Positions 1-12,259 of a DNA stretch of 64,000 nt are shown here, piece after piece. Every line of letters begins with the position of its first letter. The stretch's first letter is position 1. The translations under genes were made by a program, and so were the position numbers. The stretch is from Eledone cirrhosa (Eukaryota), in NCBI GenBank assembly GCA_964016885.1, contig OZ024748.1, positions 24,552,001 through 24,616,000 on the forward strand, written 5' to 3'. Under the pieces are notes generated by a model. That model ran no database searches, had not been told where the DNA came from, and was given only the letters and a program-made list of their open reading frames with translations.

Positions 1-249
1 CAATACCTAGCTGCACGAGGGGCAAATCCCCTGGTTAAGATGGTCTTTTCCTACGAGCTTTACACAAACATGCCAGACTTGTCCGGCGACATCCTAGAGG
101 ACCTCTACGCCAACTGGCTACTGAGAAAGGACCCAAAGAAGGAAGTCCATATAGACAATTTCAGGCACATAACTCGCAGAGTTTAAAATTTTGGCCAAGG
201 TGTTAGTGACGAAATTGGTGCTTGTCATCGGTAGTCTGGTGGGGGATGC

Positions 250-1130
250 GCATACATGCGTACAGATCCATTCACGACAACCTTCACCTCATGCGATACA
301 TCATAGAGAGGGTGGCTAAGGAACCTGGCAAGGGTGGGGCCCTGATCAATTTAGATCAATCAAAGGCTTTCGATACGTCGACCGCCACTACCTTTCGACC
401 ATCCTCAAAGCAGCCAGCTTTGAAGCCGTTTTCAAGGACCGAATCGCTGAAATGCACAGCGACATCTGCTCTGTGGTTAGAGTGAACGGTCACCTTTCGG
501 AACCCTTCAACATCATGCGCTCGGTCTACCAAAGTTTTCCCCTCTCGTTCCATTTGTATGTATTGACTCTTGAGCCATTACTACACAAAATGGAATCCCA
601 CGCGAACCAGGATGTGAGAGATCCGTGTCGGCATATGCCGATGACGTCACCATAGTGTTGTAGGGCTCCAAACACATTAAGATGATCGGCACCAGTCTTA
701 GGGAGTATGAAGCGGTAACAGGAGCACAAGTCAGCCAAGAAAAGTTGGTGGGCCTGCAGCTCGGCACCTGGAGAGGCATGTCCATGCCGTCCAACAGTGT
801 CGTCGGTCGCTGGACGGACGGATCGGTTAAATTACTCGGGGTCTGGTTTGGACCAGACCTCCAGATGGACAAAAAGTAGGAGGAGGAAACGAACAAGGTA
901 GCCTCTCTCACCCAGAAATGGGCCGAGAGGAAGCTATCGTTGAAAGGTCGGGCAGAGGTGGTGAACACGTACATCACGTCCGTTATCTACTACCGCCTGG
1001 GCCGTTGTACCTTGTCCTAGCCCACGTCTAACCTCACTGGAATGTCTACTCTTTCGCTTTTTATGGAGGGGTCAGGTTCCATTGGCCAGGCAGTCTATCT
1101 GCTGTCAACGCCCGCTACGTGGAGGATTGG
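250..1130 (+). pseudogene. Decayed L1/Tx1-clade non-LTR retrotransposon, reverse transcriptase part of ORF2
   Basis: Frameshifted pieces read RSIHDNLHLMRYI, ALINLDQSKAFD, RVNGHLSEPF, gcatatgccgatgac (AYADD) at ~631-645, VKLLGVWFGP and LSLKGRAEVVNTYI. These are typical L1/Tx1 RT and post-RT motifs, broken by stops and frameshifts. Confidence 0.85.
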
Positions 1131-1400
1131 GTATGTATGTATATGTGTATGTATGTGTGTTTATGTATGTATATATGTGTATGTGCGTATGTATGTATGT
1201 ATCTGTGTATGTTTGTATGCATTTATATATTTATGCATATATGTATGTATATATGTATGCATCTAGTATATATCTCTCTGTATATCTGTATGTATATATG
1301 TATGTATATATTTATGTATGTGTGTATGTATGCATGTGTCTATGTATGTATGTATGTATGTATGTATGTGTGTGTATATATATATATGTAAGTATGCATC

Positions 1401-1432
<32 letters not shown>

Positions 1433-1434
1433 TA
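1131..1434. repeat. Degenerate (TATG)n/(TA)n/(TG)n microsatellite
   Basis: Direct reading. Confidence 0.95.
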
Positions 1435-1928
1435 TTCTTCTGGTTTTATAATTTCACAAAGTTTTACCAATAAAGAGAGAGTCGGTTTCTAACATAGACA
1501 CAAGACTCTCTCATTGGAATTTACACAACATCAATGCATGTGTAGATATGGATGTTATTGTATGTGTGGATGTGGATGTTTTGAGTTGTATGTGTGCATG
1601 TGTATATGCTTTGTATCTGTACATGTGTATATGCAGTTATTAGATGCAACATTTTTGGAATGTTTTACATATTTTTACTGTTCCATTAATGGATTGTACT
1701 TGTAGTTTCCTAACTAGTTGTGTTCTTTCTGTTCCTGTGAAGCCTAGCTTCTCAAGATTTGTATTGAGGCAGTTACTAACATATCCCAGTGCCCCAATAA
1801 TCACAGGCATAAACCTGAATGTGTAATCAGGGTGGAGTATCTGCAGATTTCTCATCAGTTCTGCATAAATATTCTCCTTCTCACTAATCTTTGATATTAT
1901 ATTGGCATCTGCTGGGCAGCTAATTTCC

Positions 1929-1930
<2 letters not shown>
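1435..1930 (-). mobile_element. 5'-truncated 3' end of an R4/Dong-like RLE non-LTR retrotransposon
   Basis: Minus ORF EISCPADANI..K..EK..Y......FMPVIIGALG matches the restriction-like endonuclease C-terminus. Stop at 1640, then a 3' UTR. (TATG)n on both sides. Confidence 0.75.
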
Positions 1931-1959
<29 letters not shown>

Positions 1960-2025
1960 TGTATGTATGTATGTATGTATGTATGTATGTATGTATGTAT
2001 GTATGTATGTATGTATGTATGTATG
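1930..2025. repeat. Perfect (TATG)n microsatellite, ~24 units
   Basis: Direct reading. Confidence 0.97.
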
Positions 2026-2238
2026 CCAAGCATGTGGTAGAGAATGTAAATCAGCAGGAGGGCTCAAACGACATGCAAAAGTACATGAACTCCAACCACA
2101 GCCGGCTATTCCCAGTGAATGTTTTGGTTGCCAACTCTGTGCAAGACATTTTAGATCATTGGCTGGACTAAAAAGCCACATTCGATCGCAGCGCTGATAA
2201 TTGCTATCGTGTGTGTGTGTAGATATGTTTATGTGTGC

Positions 2239-2282
<44 letters not shown>

Positions 2283-2420
2283 CATTATTGTTGTTGTTGT
2301 CGTTATTATTATTGTTGTTATTATTATTATTATTGTTATTAATATATATATATATACATATATATTTTTTTTTTCTCGTGCAATGGCCATACTCGATAAC
2401 GAGGGGGCAGCCATCATCAT
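2018..2420 (+). mobile_element. 3' end of an RTE/BovB-like LINE with two C-terminal C2H2-type zinc fingers; 3' UTR interrupted by microsatellites
   Basis: YVCQACGRECKSAGGLKRHAKVH and FGCQLCARHFRSLAGLKSHIRS followed by a stop; the tail ends gcagccatcatcat. Confidence 0.6.
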
Positions 2421-3084
2421 GCATGTATGTATATGTATATATGTATGTATGTATCTATATGTATGTATGTACCAGTAATTCCAAGTCGGGTCGTAGAAGC
2501 ACCGTAGTGACATACGTCGTTTCTTGGGAGTTTAAAACCTAGTAGAAGTCACCCTTTTCCATGAAATACTATTAGGAAATTTAAATACAGCCAATGAGCT
2601 TTGCAGTGGAACGAGAATTCCGACGAATACAAGAATACGAACGTTGAAATGAACGCACGATTGAGCGGGTCATTGTTACAGAAGGTGAACATTATGAAGA
2701 ACATGTCATTGTTGTCGAGAATTAATCTTACAGCGTCTCACACTACACCACCCACACCATTGCAGCGTCTCACACTACCTCAATCACCCATCCCACACCA
2801 TTGGAAGTGCTTCTGTAGTTCCCAGTTGGGAGTAACTGTCACAATGACAGTCAATAAATCAGAATGTTAACTCTAACAACAACAGTTTAAGCAGAACATC
2901 AACGGTATCAATCTTAACGTTCCCGGGGGGGGGGGGGGGAGTGAAGGCCATGAACCCTCCTCCTCCTCGACACATACGTTTTTTTTTTAAATAAAATAAA
3001 ATAATTAAATAAATTACATATGTTTTTCTCAAACGGATCTATTTGTGCGTGGACAGGTATATGTAAGGACAACACAGGGCGGCG

Positions 3085-3420
3085 TGTAGGCGCGTAGTTC
3101 AGTGGTTAGGGTATTCGGCTCACGATTGTAAGATCGCGTGAGTTCGATTCCTGGACCAATCGGAGTGTTGTGTCTTTGAGCAAGACACTTTATTTCACGT
3201 TGCTCCAGTCCACTCAGATGGCAAAAGTGAGTTGTATCTATAATTCGAAGAGTTAGCCTCGTCATATTCTGTGTCATACTGAATCTTCCTGAGAACTACA
3301 GTAAGGGTACGTGTGTCTGTGAAACGCTCAACGACTTGCATGACAATTTCATGAGCAGGCTGTTCCATTTATCGTATCAACTGGAGCACTCGTCGTCGTA
3401 ACTGACGGAGTGCCATTTTT
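3085..3420 (+). mobile_element. tRNA-derived SINE (Pol III A and B boxes, CORE-like body)
   Basis: A box tagttcagtgg 3095-3105, B box gagttcgattcc 3140-3151, then tgtgtctttgagcaagacactt, ending in a T run. Related fragments at ~13220-13480 (-), ~14290-14440 (-), ~34170-34430 (-) and ~57695-57835 (+). Confidence 0.8.
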
Positions 3421-3776
3421 TTTTTTACAAACGGTGACGCCACTAAAGAGAAAATTCACTAATTATACAAAAATTCTGTTGAATATTTTAAAAGTTTCAT
3501 GACTGATCGATCAAAGAACACAGCAAATTAAGCAATTCAAGGCCATAACTATTTTAGACAAAGCTTAAAAAATAAACTATACTGACTGGTGTAGAAATCA
3601 TAGAAAAAAAAAGTTAAAATCACACACTGTTGCCAAGTCAGTAATTTTAGCAGCATGTTGAAAAGTTGTAAATATTCTGTGTCGTGGGAAAATATGAGAA
3701 AAAACGTTTTCTTGTTTTGTTTTTGTTTTTATCCGTTCCTGTGTCAACTACCAACTGTTTGTAGATGTCACAAAAC

Positions 3777-4213
3777 ATTGAGTTACAGTTGAGTTACAGC
3801 AGTTGAGTTACAGTTGAGTTACAATTGAGTTACAGTTGAGTTACAATTGAGTTACAATTGAGTTACAGTTGAGTTACAGTTGAGTTACAGTTGAGTTATA
3901 GTTGAGTTACAGTTGAGTTACAGTTGAGTTACAGTTGAGTTACAATTGAGTTACAGTTGAGTTACAGTTGAGTTACAGTTGAGTTATAATTGAGTTACAA
4001 CTGAGTTACAATTAAGTTACAGTTGAGTTACAGTTGAGTTACAGTTGAGTTATAATTGAGTTACAACTGAGTTACAATTGAGTTACAGTTGAGTTACAAT
4101 TGAATTAGAGTTGAGTTACAATTGAATTACAACTGAGTTACAATTGAGTTACAGTTGAGTTTCAATTGAGTTACAGTTGAGTTACAATTGAGTTACAGTT
4201 GAGTTACAATTGA
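3777..4213. repeat. 11-bp minisatellite (TTGAGTTACAG/A)n, ~39 copies
   Basis: Direct reading. Confidence 0.95.
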
Positions 4214-4479
4214 AACAAGCATTAGGGAAGCACATTTATTATTATTATTAAACATTAGTTAAAATCTCACCGAGATTAGTTTCGCCTTTCATAATTACGG
4301 GGTCGATGAAATAGGGCACCAATAATGCACTGGCGTCGATTTAGACGACTTTCCCCACCCCAAAATTGTTGGCTTTGTGCCTATAGTAGAAATCATTATT
4401 ATGAATTTGATATCTCAGTCATTGATGTTATTTAATTGGAAAATTCGCCCAAATGAACACCAAGCCTCTATCTGCAGCT

Positions 4480-4860
4480 TCAGATATTCGGGACGTATCG
4501 GAGGGTCCTTGCTGTTCTCAGTAGGCATGCATGTTGAAGTGTTCCAAAAAAAGAGGTGGGACTAATATTCTTTAACCAGCCTTGGAAACTCTTTGAGATA
4601 TTACCTAGTGCTCCTTTGACAATGGGGACTACCTTGATCTCATAATAGTCCCAAATCCATTTGAGTTCCCACTTTAAATCCTTGTACCGGTTAATTTTCT
4701 CCTCCTTTTCTTGCAATCTTGTGTCAAAGGGGAAGTTACATCTATAATCAAACAAGATCTTTTTTCCTTGTCAAAAGCCACCAGGTCAGGCCTATTGTGT
4801 TCTAATTCTTTATCTGTTTGTATCTTAAAATCACACGATACCTTCACCCGATCATTTTCT
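4480..4860 (-). pseudogene. Second R4/Dong-like RLE endonuclease fragment (different family from 1435-1930)
   Basis: Minus frames give DFKIQTDKELEHNRPDLV, then a frameshift, then PFDTRLQEKEEKINRYKDLKWELKWIW..KVVPIVKGALG. Confidence 0.8.
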
Positions 4861-4869
4861 TATTAGCTG

Positions 4870-5650
4870 CAGCGTCGAGGACTGGGTATGCTGTGACTGA
4901 TGATGTGAAAACATGCCCTGAGGCTACGACCCCTCCAGCGTTTCCTTGACAGTGAACAGGTGTAGTCGACTTTCGCCACCAGACTCGTGTTTTCCCAACT
5001 CGTCTCCACGATGGAGCTGCAGTCCTGGGTCAAACGAAAACCGAGTGGGAGCTCTTGGAAACTAAAAGGTTTTCAAGCACTCACAACCCTCAACCAGTCG
5101 AGCACTGTGATCGGTGGAAACTCCACCGTGGCGTTCTAAAGAGAATGACGAGTAAAACCGACCACGTTTTTGGAAAGACTGTGAGTGTCGAAGACGAGCA
5201 ACTAGCCGCTGTCTTCCAGAGAATTTTCAGTCCAGGGCCGATGGATAACTTCCAGAAATCTGGGGAGTTTTGCCAGTTCGTGATCAACTCTACCGGCATG
5301 GAAGTGCCGTCAGCCGAGCATGTTCAAGACACGCAGAGGGTGATGAAACTGTCCTGCACGCACTTGTTCTGTACTCGAGCAATGCTGTCCTGAGGTTTAT
5401 GTTGAACTTCTGCTGTCACGTGTAGGACGGATCCGGCTATCAACTGAATTCGTTGTATGGTTGACGCGATTGAAGGGGCTGAAGACAAACACTTTCCTCT
5501 TTGGGGAATCCCTCATCAACTTCTTCAAATTTCACTTACAGAGGAATATCAGTGTGGAGAAAGAAGTGTTGCCTTCCAACCTTTTTGTTGAAAGGTGGAC
5601 GAGAGGCAAACATGGTTCGAGTAAACGGACCTGCCCTTAGTATATGCCTG
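4870..5650 (+). pseudogene. C-terminal part of an L1/Tx1 ORF2 (zf-RVT-like region), probably continuing 250-1130
   Basis: Frames give FQRIFSPGPMDNFQKS, VRDQLYRHGSAVSRACSRHAEGDETVLHAL (decayed CxxC..ET..H..C knuckle) and SLINFFKFHL. Confidence 0.65.
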
Positions 5651-5739
5651 CAAATCGGTACAGAAGACTTGAGAAAAGGCACTTTCCCTAGCGATCAGAG
5701 AAAATGTGGTTTTATGGGGTTTTATCACAAGTAGTCCTC

Positions 5740-6405
5740 GGACTTCTCCTCCCTATTAAGGAATACCATTCTTGATGAGGAGTGCACCCTATTAGAGTAG
5801 TACAGCATTTTGTAATCCGCGTGTGTGAGCCACACAGATGCCCTTGCGTGATGCAGTGGTTGAAAAGTTCGATCTGCACTCGTTATTTTGCCGCCTTAGT
5901 GAAAGCCGGCATCCCCGTCACCGCTGCTATGAATGACATCAGAAGGAGCCACAACGCAGCTAGTTTCCTTTCAAAATTGGAGCCGGCTAGCCTCGACCGT
6001 GGCGGTGGTAAGCGCCCCGACGGATTAACCCTCTTCCCTTTCGAGGGAGGCAAATCCTTAATTTGGAATGCACGTCCAGCGTCTCATTCTCCGCCACCAG
6101 CCTTGTTGCTTCGGCCACACATCCAGGCTCCGCTGCCTGCAATACAGAGGTGAAGGAGATAGTCAAATACCGGTGACTGACCGACCACTACCTCTTTGCA
6201 CCGCTCTCTGCTGTACTTGGACCCCACACTGCTGATTTCCTCCGAAAAGTCGGAAAGACGGAGCCCCGTGGGCTGGAGTGGCTGTGCTCCGGGTGTCTCT
6301 GACCATGTTCCACGGTAATGCTTTTGTCGTTTTGATGCTGTTTGCAGTTGTTTCCCTTCCTAGGATTTGTTGTGGAAAGAAGCACACATCAGTATTTTCT
6401 GACTG
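5740..6405 (+). pseudogene. CRE-clade non-LTR retrotransposon RLE domain and 3' end
   Basis: CEPHRCPC...AMNDI...[29 protein letters not shown] is characteristic of CRE-type RLE domains; frameshifted. Confidence 0.75.
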
Positions 6406-6407
6406 TC

Positions 6408-6795
6408 CCCTCTCTACGACAGTCCCCACTCTATGACAGTCCTTCCTCTACGACAGTCCTCCCTCTACGACAGTCCTCTCTCTATGACAGTCCTCCCTCT
6501 ACAACAGTCCTCCCTCCACGACAGTCCTCCCTCTACGACAGTCCTCCCTCTACGACAGTCCTGCCTCTACGACAGTCCTCCCTCTACGACAGTCCTCCCT
6601 CTACAACAGTCCTCCCTCCACGACAGTCCTCCCTCTACGACAGTCCTCCCTCTACGACAGTCCTCTCTCTATGACAGTCCTTCCTCTACGACAGTCCTCC
6701 CTCTACAACAGTCCTCCCTCTACGACAGTCCTCCCTCTACGACAGTCCTCCCTCTACAACATCCCCTCTATGACAGTCACAACTCCCTCTACAAC
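6408..6795. repeat. 17-bp minisatellite (CTCTACGACAGTCCTCC)n, ~22 copies
   Basis: Direct reading; starts at the CRE 3' end. Confidence 0.95.
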
Positions 6796-6889
6796 TCTCC
6801 TCTTTCTATAATGGTCCTTTAGAGCCCCCCCCCCCCTCCCCATCAACTCGCTGGTCTTGTATCAAATGTAGAAATAGTTATTAATTTAT

Positions 6890-7380
6890 TTTATCGACCC
6901 CGTTTACCTTTCATCCTTATGGGTTCGATAAAATAAAGTAGCAGTAATGCACTGGGGGCGATTTAATCGACTTTCCCCTCTCCCAAAACTGTTGGCCTTG
7001 TGTCTAAAATCAGAAATCATGGATTGGCAGTATCGGTAGAGGGTCGGACGCCATGCTTTGACGCATAGAGTTACGGTCCTTGCCATTCTGAGTTCAAATC
7101 CCGCCGAGGTTAACTTTGCCTTTCATCCTTACGGGGTCGATAAAATAAAGTACCAGTAATGTACTGGGTAATTGCTGTCCTTGTGCCAAAAGTAGAAACA
7201 ATTATTAATAGTAGTAAATTTGCGGCATTCAGCTGAGCTCGAATCCCACTGAGATTAACTTTGCCTTCCATCCTTCTGGGGGTCGATAAAATAAAGTAGC
7301 AGTTGAGCAATTGAGGCTCGATATAATCAACTTTCTACCCACCTCCACCCCACTCCCAAATTGCTGACCTTGTATCTATG
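6890..7380 (+). mobile_element. Cluster of three copies/fragments of the abundant octopus-type tRNA-derived SINE
   Basis: A-box-like tggcagtatcgg, B box gagttcaaatccc, body ccgaggttaactttgcctttcatcc..ggggtcgataaaataaagtaccag and tail ccttgtgccaaaagtagaaac. Confidence 0.85.
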
Positions 7381-7831
7381 TTATGAAGAATTGTTATTAA
7401 TAATAACCGTTGTAGCTATAGTTAATATCAGACCAATTAGTTTTATATATACAGTACAATCGGTTATTGGAATTATTGCTCTGGAAACACAAATACACAC
7501 GTAAAGATGTTTCGTAATTCCAAAATTATGCAGTGGCTAGAAATGTTGTGTAAAAGACACAGACAGAGCGGCTAGCTGTGGGTGGTGGGTAGGTGGGTTA
7601 AATGGTATGTGGGTAGGTAGGGAGACAACAGACATTGATAAAATAAACGTAGACATTTCACTATATCCCCCCCTCCCCCTCTCAAACTATTTTAGTTCTC
7701 AACGTACTAGATGGCTAGCTAGATAGACACATATAGATAGGTAAAGATAGACAGATAGTCGAGCAGGTAGACAAATAAACACAGATGTATATGTACACAC
7801 AAACATACATATAGATAGATAGAGAGAAAGA

Positions 7832-7862
<31 letters not shown>

Positions 7863-8535
7863 CTTTATATATAGAGAAAGAATAAAGAAGTGAGGTGTAG
7901 ATAAGAAGTGTGTGTTATGTAGCAATTAGAAGACGAGTGAGAGAAGACTGAAAAAAAGAGAAAAAGAATATAAATACAGCGAGAGAGAAATATACTGAAA
8001 AAGAGGATAAAAATACAGAGAGAAAGAGAGCGAGGGGCAGAGAGAGTGACGTAGAGAGACTGAGATTAGGATAGAGTGAGAGGCTGATAGAACGAGTGTG
8101 AAAGTAGCATGCTAGTTGTGAGAGAGGTGGCGGTAGGAGTAGTGATGATTTTGGTGGAAGGAGGTGTAATGGTGGTGATGTTAGTCATATAATGGTGGTA
8201 GCGATGGTGGTGTCAGTACATATCGCAGTGTGTAGTAGTAAGAAGAGTTAGTAGTATATTTATGTATGTGTGGTGTGTTATTTTATTCTTTGTATACACA
8301 ATTCACTGCATGTTTGCGTGCGTTTATGTGTGTATGTATGTATTAGCAAATTCAGTGTTTGAGTTCGTGTGATATTTCTAATATATGCATATATATGTAT
8401 ACTCGTATTTGTATGTTGTTTATCTATTTATGTGTGGTTCGTTGTGTGTGTGTGTCACTTATTGGTTTTATATATATGTATTTGCTTTCTATGTGCATGT
8501 ATGTTTGTATATTTATATATATATATATATATGTG

Positions 8536-8587
<52 letters not shown>

Positions 8588-8588
<1 letters not shown>

Positions 8589-8762
8589 TAAGTTATTCCG
8601 GGTTGAATCGGAGGTAACCACAGTAAGTAAGGTACTCAATACATTGCAGAGTATAAAAAGTTTTAATATAGATGAGATTCTAGTGGACTAGAACTGTTTC
8701 ATTCTTGAGAAATCATGGGATTTCTCAAGAATGAAACAGTTCTAGTCCTGTAGAATCTCATT

Positions 8763-8763
<1 letters not shown>
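8588..8763. mobile_element. Short (TA)n-flanked fold-back element, family A (Penelope-like terminal repeat, inferred)
   Basis: Near-perfect hairpin 8672-8761. Homologous copies at 25930-26030, 40515-40557, 50318-50445 and 57017-57196. Confidence 0.6.
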
Positions 8764-8801
<38 letters not shown>

Positions 8802-8977
8802 CAATAATCAACACATATATATATATACGTATTCATGCATATACACATAGATATATAGATATATATATATATGTATACAATTACACACATGTATGAACAC
8901 ACGCATATATATATATATATATAAATACACGTGCATATACAGATATATATATATATCTGAGAGAGAGAGAGAGAAAG

Positions 8978-9008
<31 letters not shown>

Positions 9009-9148
9009 AGTTGCGGTGTCAGTAAGGATCACAATGGTGGTAGCCTGGTATGACAGCAGTAGACAACGAGCAGGCGAGGGAGAGTGTCTCTCTCTCTCTC
9101 TCTCTCTTTATATATATATATAGATATATATACACACACACACACACT

Positions 9149-9179
<31 letters not shown>

Positions 9180-9515
9180 AAATATGTGCACGTGTGTGTG
9201 TGTGCTTGAACGTCTACGTTTCTCTGCGAAAGGTTATGTATGTATATGTGTGTGTAAAGTTAACGCCGTCCCGCCTGATGACTGTCAGACACACAGACAA
9301 ACACACCAAACGACTAGGGAAAGAGAAAGACGAGATGTAGGTATTAGAGAGAGCTAACTAAAAATATAGATAGACACATAAACTGTCTGTTACTGAAACA
9401 CACAACACACACTTTTCGTATCTGTGTACGTGTATATATACATAATATATATATATTTAGATGCGTATATATATATATATATGTATATTTATATGTATAT
9501 ATATATATATGCGTG

Positions 9516-9575
<60 letters not shown>

Positions 9576-9817
9576 CACGCATATATATATATATATAGAG
9601 AGAGAGAGACAGATAGAGATATAAATGCATACATATTTATATAGATAAACATACACACATATATACATAATATGTATAATAACTATGTATTGAGTACTTT
9701 ATAATCATATGTACAAATTCAAACACATATCTATATGAATATTCCTACATATATATATATATTGACACACACACTAACACATGTTCCCCCATATATATAT
9801 GTGTATATATATGTATG

Positions 9818-9886
<69 letters not shown>

Positions 9887-9946
9887 ATATATATGTATAT
9901 ATATTATGAAATACTGTTGGCTTCTTGCTCACATTAATTTCTATAT

Positions 9947-10065
<119 letters not shown>

Positions 10066-10444
10066 ATTTATATTATGACATTTATATAGCCAGACAAACA
10101 GAAGGATGGATAAATAGATGCAGATAGATAGATATGTAGACAGACAGACTGGCAGTTAGATAGACAAGTAGTTAGATAGATAGGCTGATAGACAGACTGA
10201 TAGGTAGGTAGACAGACAGATAGATAAATACATTGACATACAGTTAGATAATCAGTTAGATAGATAGACAGTTTTTGAGGTGTAATAAAGCCAGGTTTTA
10301 TCAAGTGAGAAGAATATATGTCTATGTATGCTGTTGTGTAGACCTAATCGACCGACCTTAAGTCTACGTATGTTTTGTGTTTATGTGAGAGAAACATTTC
10401 GTGCGTCGTGTGTCTCTACAACAAGGCCACAGACTAATGGAACC

Positions 10445-10795
10445 AGTCGTGTCTATATGTCTGTCTATGTGTATATGTCTGCCTATGTATCTACGTCTGT
10501 CAATGTGTATATGTTTGTCTATGTGTCTGTGTCTGTGTCTGTCTATGTGTATATGCCTGCCTATGTGTCTGTGTCTGTCTATGTGTATATGCCTGCCTAT
10601 GTGTCTATGTCTATCAGTGTGTATATGTTTGTCTATGTGTCTATGTGTATATGCCTGCCTATGTGTCTATGTTTATCAGTGTGTATATGTTTGTCTATGT
10701 GTCTGTGTGTATACGTCTGCCTATGTGTGTATGCGCCTGTCTATGTGTATGTGTGTATATATGTGTCTATGTTTGTCTAAGTGTGTCTATATGTA
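10445..10795. repeat. Degenerate minisatellite built from ctatgtgtatatgcctgc / ctatgtgt units
   Basis: Direct reading. Confidence 0.8.
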
Positions 10796-11037
10796 TGTAA
10801 ATGTGAAAGAGGGAATGGTAGTCGCTAATACTAGACAGAAACTATTACACACACACACATGTATATATTGAAGTATAATATACATACGTGTGCACACACA
10901 CATGTATATATTGAAGTATAACATACATACGTGTGTGAACGTGTGTATGAATGTATGTTTACGTGAATAACAGAATTACGGTGTCATAAATAGGCTATTG
11001 TGCGTAGGTGTGTGTTTGACAGTGCATATCACACACT

Positions 11038-11113
<76 letters not shown>

Positions 11114-12220
11114 AGAGCATGTTTGAATGTGTAAGTGAGGCAGTGATGTGCAGAGGTACAGAAAAAAATGGTATGAAAATGTATATAAACTATATTTGAG
11201 ACAGGGATGGTAAGGTAGAAGAAAGTTAGACAATTGTGTGTCTGTTTGTGTACGTCTCTTTTTATGTATGTGTTTGTGGATGTATACGCCTGTTTATGTG
11301 AGAGTGTCTATGTATGTGTACGTCAGTTTGTGTGTTAATTTCTATGTATGTGTGTGAATTTCTATGTATATATACGCCTGTTTATGTGTGTTTTTATGTA
11401 TGCGTTTGTGTATATATACATATGCCTGTTTATGTGTGTTTCTATGTATGCGTTTGTGTATATATACGCCTGTTTATGTGTAAGTTTCTATGTACGTGTG
11501 TGTGAGTGTGTGTATGTATATATATATATATATACGTGTGTGTGAGTGTGTGTATGTATATATATACATACACACACTCACACACACGTATATATATATA
11601 TATATATATATATGATGTGAGCGTGTATAGAGTTGGTGTTAGAATGTGAGTGAGATATTAGAGTAATAGAGAGAGACAAGAGGCAGCTCAGACAGACTAC
11701 TCCAGAAGAAGAGAAAGAAAGGCTGGCTGCCGGTCATCAGACGGAGTTGGCTGGCAGATAGATGGCGCAGTGGAGTGGTGTGATGAAGTATAGTCACTAC
11801 AGCACATATGTGTGTGAGTAGAGACAGACTATATATATGTATAATTTATTATATGTACGTACGTACACACACGCATATATATATATATGTATATAAACAA
11901 ATACGCACAGGTACCTGTATATATTAAAAAACAAAAACAAAAAATATGTCAAATCTTATAAACATTTGTATACATACATTGGTATGTGTGTGTGTATAAC
12001 ATACATTTAGACATGTAGACATGTGTCTATATATAATAGTAGAGTTTATATCGTCTGCCATTATAAATTGAACTGAAATTAGGATGTACAACAAGTGTGA
12101 CTCACATGCATACGAAACTATATACAACCGTGTGTGTGTGTATATATATACACACACACACATAATTTACCGGTGTCTATTCCTGGATGTATATAGTGTA
12201 AGTCTATATAGTCGTATTCT

Positions 12221-12259
<39 letters not shown>

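Noticed and set aside
2018-2197. Host C2H2 zinc-finger gene exon
   Set aside because: No TGEKP linkers or splice acceptor; followed by a LINE-type 3' tail
3090-3165. tRNA gene
   Set aside because: A/B boxes run into a SINE body; no convincing cloverleaf or acceptor stem
3777-4213. CRISPR-like or telomeric array
   Set aside because: Contiguous 11-bp units with no spacers; not TTAGGG; eukaryotic context
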